Shown one piece after another: positions 60,791-64,000 of a stretch of 64,000 nt of DNA. Numbering within the stretch: position 1 is the first letter of the stretch; each line of letters begins with the position of its first letter. The DNA comes from Felis catus (Eukaryota). Below the pieces are notes generated by a model. It was not told the origin of the DNA, did not search any database, and saw only the letters and a program-made list of their open reading frames with translations. The stretch is taken from NCBI RefSeq assembly GCF_018350175.1, contig NC_058368.1, positions 18,602,001 through 18,666,000 on the forward strand. Reading direction: 5' to 3'. A program made the position numbers and the translations under genes.

Positions 60791-62478
60791 AGAGAGAAAT
60801 AGAAAAGGTGCCTGGCTTGAAACATTCTACTTCAGAAAGAAATAGTGTGAATCAGTGAAGCAGATCAAAAACAACAGCCTGGGATCATCAGACCCAAATG
60901 AGAAAAATACCAAAAGGCAAAGGAAAACCTAAGTGAAACTTGCATCTTCACTCGCAGTGGGGGCTCAAAGAAACTAACACGCAGCTGAATTGCTGAATTT
61001 CTGAAGGTCACGGGTGGCTTCCTTTATCCCCTACGGCAGCAGAGGTCTGACGATTTTACCCACTGACCTGGGGCAGCCTCTCTGTGGCTGGCGGGTGTCT
61101 GTCCCCACTGATGTATTCCAGCTCATTGCCAGGGAAAAATGAAACAGAGGCCCAGAAGCAAAATGCCAACATGGCAGCAAAAGAAAGGAGCCCTGTTAAA
61201 GGTCTCTGCTACTCCATTACATTTGCTGCTTTTTTAACACCAAATCCTCTAGAACCAGATGCTATGCTAATAAAGGCCTATTGAATAAGCAATTCAGAAA
61301 AGGTACAAGGGCAAGTCTCCTAAGGGGAAATGCTGATTAACACATAATGGGCAGTCCGCCCTGCAAACAAAAGGGCCTGGGCTCTAAGCCGCAATTCCAC
61401 TGTCTTAAGCACAGGTCTCCAGAGTCACCCAGACCAGCTCGGGCCACTTGCTTCCTGTGTGGCACAGGACAAATCAGTCTGTCTAATTCTCACGTGTGGC
61501 ATCTGTCTAACGGGATTAATAACTATGACTATCTCGTGATTTTTGTGTACCTTGAAGAGACAATCCAGATAAACACTTAGCACAGTTCCTCATACAAACT
61601 AAGTACTTACAAGTGGTAGCTGTTATTATTCTTATCAGGGACTTGAAAACGTGCCATAGGAAGGGCAGGTGAAATACTTTCTCTAAATCATCATCTAAAT
61701 CCCAACTAGGCATAACCTGAGCTATCCTCACCAGCTACAGAGCTTAATTATCATTTTTAAATATCAGCTCACACTTCTTCTGTACTGTTAAATCTGGTGG
61801 AGGCGGAGTTCCTCCGGGCAGCTCACCAGCCCCCTGCCTACATCTGGACCAGGGCATGGCGTGGATATGAAGAGCATGGCCCAGAATTCCCATGTATAGA
61901 CCAACAGCCTCACTCAAGCCAGCATGGCCTACACCAAGAGCTGGCCAGTCTCTAAGAGAAATTCTTTGTCTCAGGGAGCAGATCTAGGGATTTTCCACAA
62001 GCTCCTTTTCCAAGGAGGAGGCTCTCAACGAGTACCCTTGCAGTGTGCTCGTATTTACACGGTAGGCATGCATGGTGCCCAAGTTTAAAGGCAGCTTTGG
62101 GCATTCGGGTGCCAACAGTTAAGTGGGTGGTAGCAGCCGTATCCCAGAGCACTGAAAATGCCCTCCATGGACTAAGGGAGGTAGTCCAGTCTGGAGAGAA
62201 GCACTTGCCTGCCTGTTCTGCCCCCTGACGTAGGGTACCAAGTCCTGCCCGGGCAGCACCAGCAGGGGCCCTGCCTCCCTCGCCTTTCTCCATCTCCCAC
62301 ATACCTGATCTGTTAGCTCTCACGAGATCGTTGTGGGCTTGCCACATTACCCGGCTTTTTAATTTATTTGTATTTGTGAGGCTGAGTTGGTAAGGTCATT
62401 TGCCCACTCAGAATGAGGAATTACGAAGTTCCCGCTCACAGCCAAGACTCACCGGCCTGCTGCAAAACAGGAGATCCT

Positions 62479-62695
62479 GGGGCACCTGGGTGGCTCAGTT
62501 GGTGAAGCGTCACGCTCAGGTCACGATCTGGTGGTTTGTGAGTTCGAGCCCTGCGTCGGGCTCTGTGCTGACCGCTCAGAGCCTGAAGCCTGTTCTGGAT
62601 TCTGTCTCCCTTTCTCTCTGCCCCTCCCCCACTCACACCCTGTCTCTGTCTCTCTCAAAGGTAAACAAACATTAAAAAAAATTTTTTTTTAAACA
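62479..62695 (+). mobile_element. CanSINE
   Basis: TSD aaaacaggagatcct. Confidence 0.94.
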
Positions 62696-63435
62696 AAAAC
62701 AGGAGATCCTGTACATCCAGGGGCTCCTCCATCAGCCAGCCAATCCATGGCTTAGTCAAAGCAGGAGAGTGTTTGAAAGAGTGCCAGCGAGATGGGGAGT
62801 TACTACTGGTCTCTGCCTTCTCCCCTCCTCCAAACTCTGGGATACCACAGGAGCAGGAAGGAATTTGGGTGAGGCCACAAACCTAAGATCACAACAGTGA
62901 TTCTCACCGGGGAGCACAGAATGTGTCTGGGCCACTGTGTGGAGGGGAAACGGCACCCTACATCAAAAGAGAGCCAGCACCACCGATGAAGTCTGGGTGG
63001 CAAGGAAAACTTTCAGTTTCTGCCCTTTCTTTTCCCAAAATTGTCCTGGGAAGATCAGCATCTGCCCCATTATCCAAATGGAAGAGAAACAGAGCAATGC
63101 CAGCCCAGCCCAGTGCCCACTAGAACCGAAGGGTAACGTCAGAGCAGCCAAAGGTAGAGAGAAGAGTTCCCTGGGGAGCGAGGTCACTGGGTTAGGGAAA
63201 AGGTACAAACAGAAAATGGCTCTTGATGTATTTCCAAGGGAATGTGGTTCACAGGGGGAAATAAGAACAACAGCTTGCTGAACAACCTACACCAGAGGAA
63301 GCAGATTTAATGAACCCAGAAAAAAGAATCTGAAAGAAGCAGAGTAAATATCCTCAAAGAGATAAGGGAGGATATTGCAATTATTCCGGAGCAGGCAGTT
63401 ACAAATTTAAAAACTGAGAGAGTAGAGCTAATGGG

Positions 63436-63877
63436 TGTGTCAGTCAGACTTCTCCAGGAAAATCGGAAACTACAGGGGAGACAGAAAGACAGAGAGAATT
63501 TACTTTAAAGAATTGTCTCATGTGAGTGTGGGGGCCGACAGGCCCCAAATCTGCAGGGCAGTCCAGCAACCTAGAAACTTAGGAAAGAGTTAAAGTCAGC
63601 CTTGAGTTCGAAATCTGTAAGGCAGGCTGGCAGGCTAGAAACTCAGACAGAACTTCTGTTCCACCTTGAGGCAAAGTTCCTTCTTCTCTGGGAACCCTCA
63701 GCTTCTGTTCTGAAGGCCTTAGCTAATTCACATTGTTGAGGGTAATGTCCCTTACTTACGCAACTGTAAACATAAAGAACATCTACAAAATACCTTCACG
63801 GCAACATCTAGACGAGTGTTTGTCCAAACCACTGAGCACCATGGCCTAGCCAAGGTGATGCATGATTAACCAGCACA
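63436..63877 (-). mobile_element. ERVL solo LTR (MLT2-like)
   Basis: TG...CA ends (tgtgtcagtcagacttctccagg ... gattaaccagcaca), 5-bp TSD-like atggg / ctggg, internal ggctggcaggctagaaactcag motifs. Confidence 0.85.
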
Positions 63878-64000
63878 CTGGGGATGAAAGTATTTTAGCT
63901 TCAATAAGGGGCTATCAATAAATGGATTGGAGAGCAGTCAAGGAACAAACTACTAAGCCAGAAGATTGAGTCCAGGGGCATTTCAAGTGGACCTCAGAAA

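Overview
Mammalian genomic DNA of a carnivore, almost certainly a felid. It carries many tRNA-derived CanSINEs, including near-identical young cat-type copies, and Felis-type L1 3' ends. I recognise no protein-coding gene, RNA gene or CRISPR array; the window reads as intronic or intergenic. It is dominated by interspersed repeats: one near full-length decayed L1 (5.2-11.9 kb, most of ORF1 missing, four nested SINEs), about 22 CanSINEs, L1 3' fragments, ERVL/MaLR LTRs, hAT MER elements, MIR/L2 relics and microsatellites. Repeat family names come from remembered consensus sequences and need RepeatMasker confirmation. The most interesting structures not explained by known repeats are: (1) a 131-bp ungapped inverted repeat (34979-35109 / 36467-36597) whose second arm lies between ~57-bp direct repeats; (2) a 14 x 12-bp indel-free minisatellite (45711-45878) with a codon-like substitution pattern, encoding L-[ED]-[HY]-x repeats on the minus strand; (3) a candidate 15-nt microexon (39577-39591) and, 1 kb downstream, a polypyrimidine-AG|GTAAG recursive-splice-site motif (40612/40613); (4) a CRE/MEF2-like/TATA cluster inside a well-signalled 230-nt non-coding exon candidate (20907-21136). 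All functional readings are hypotheses from sequence alone.
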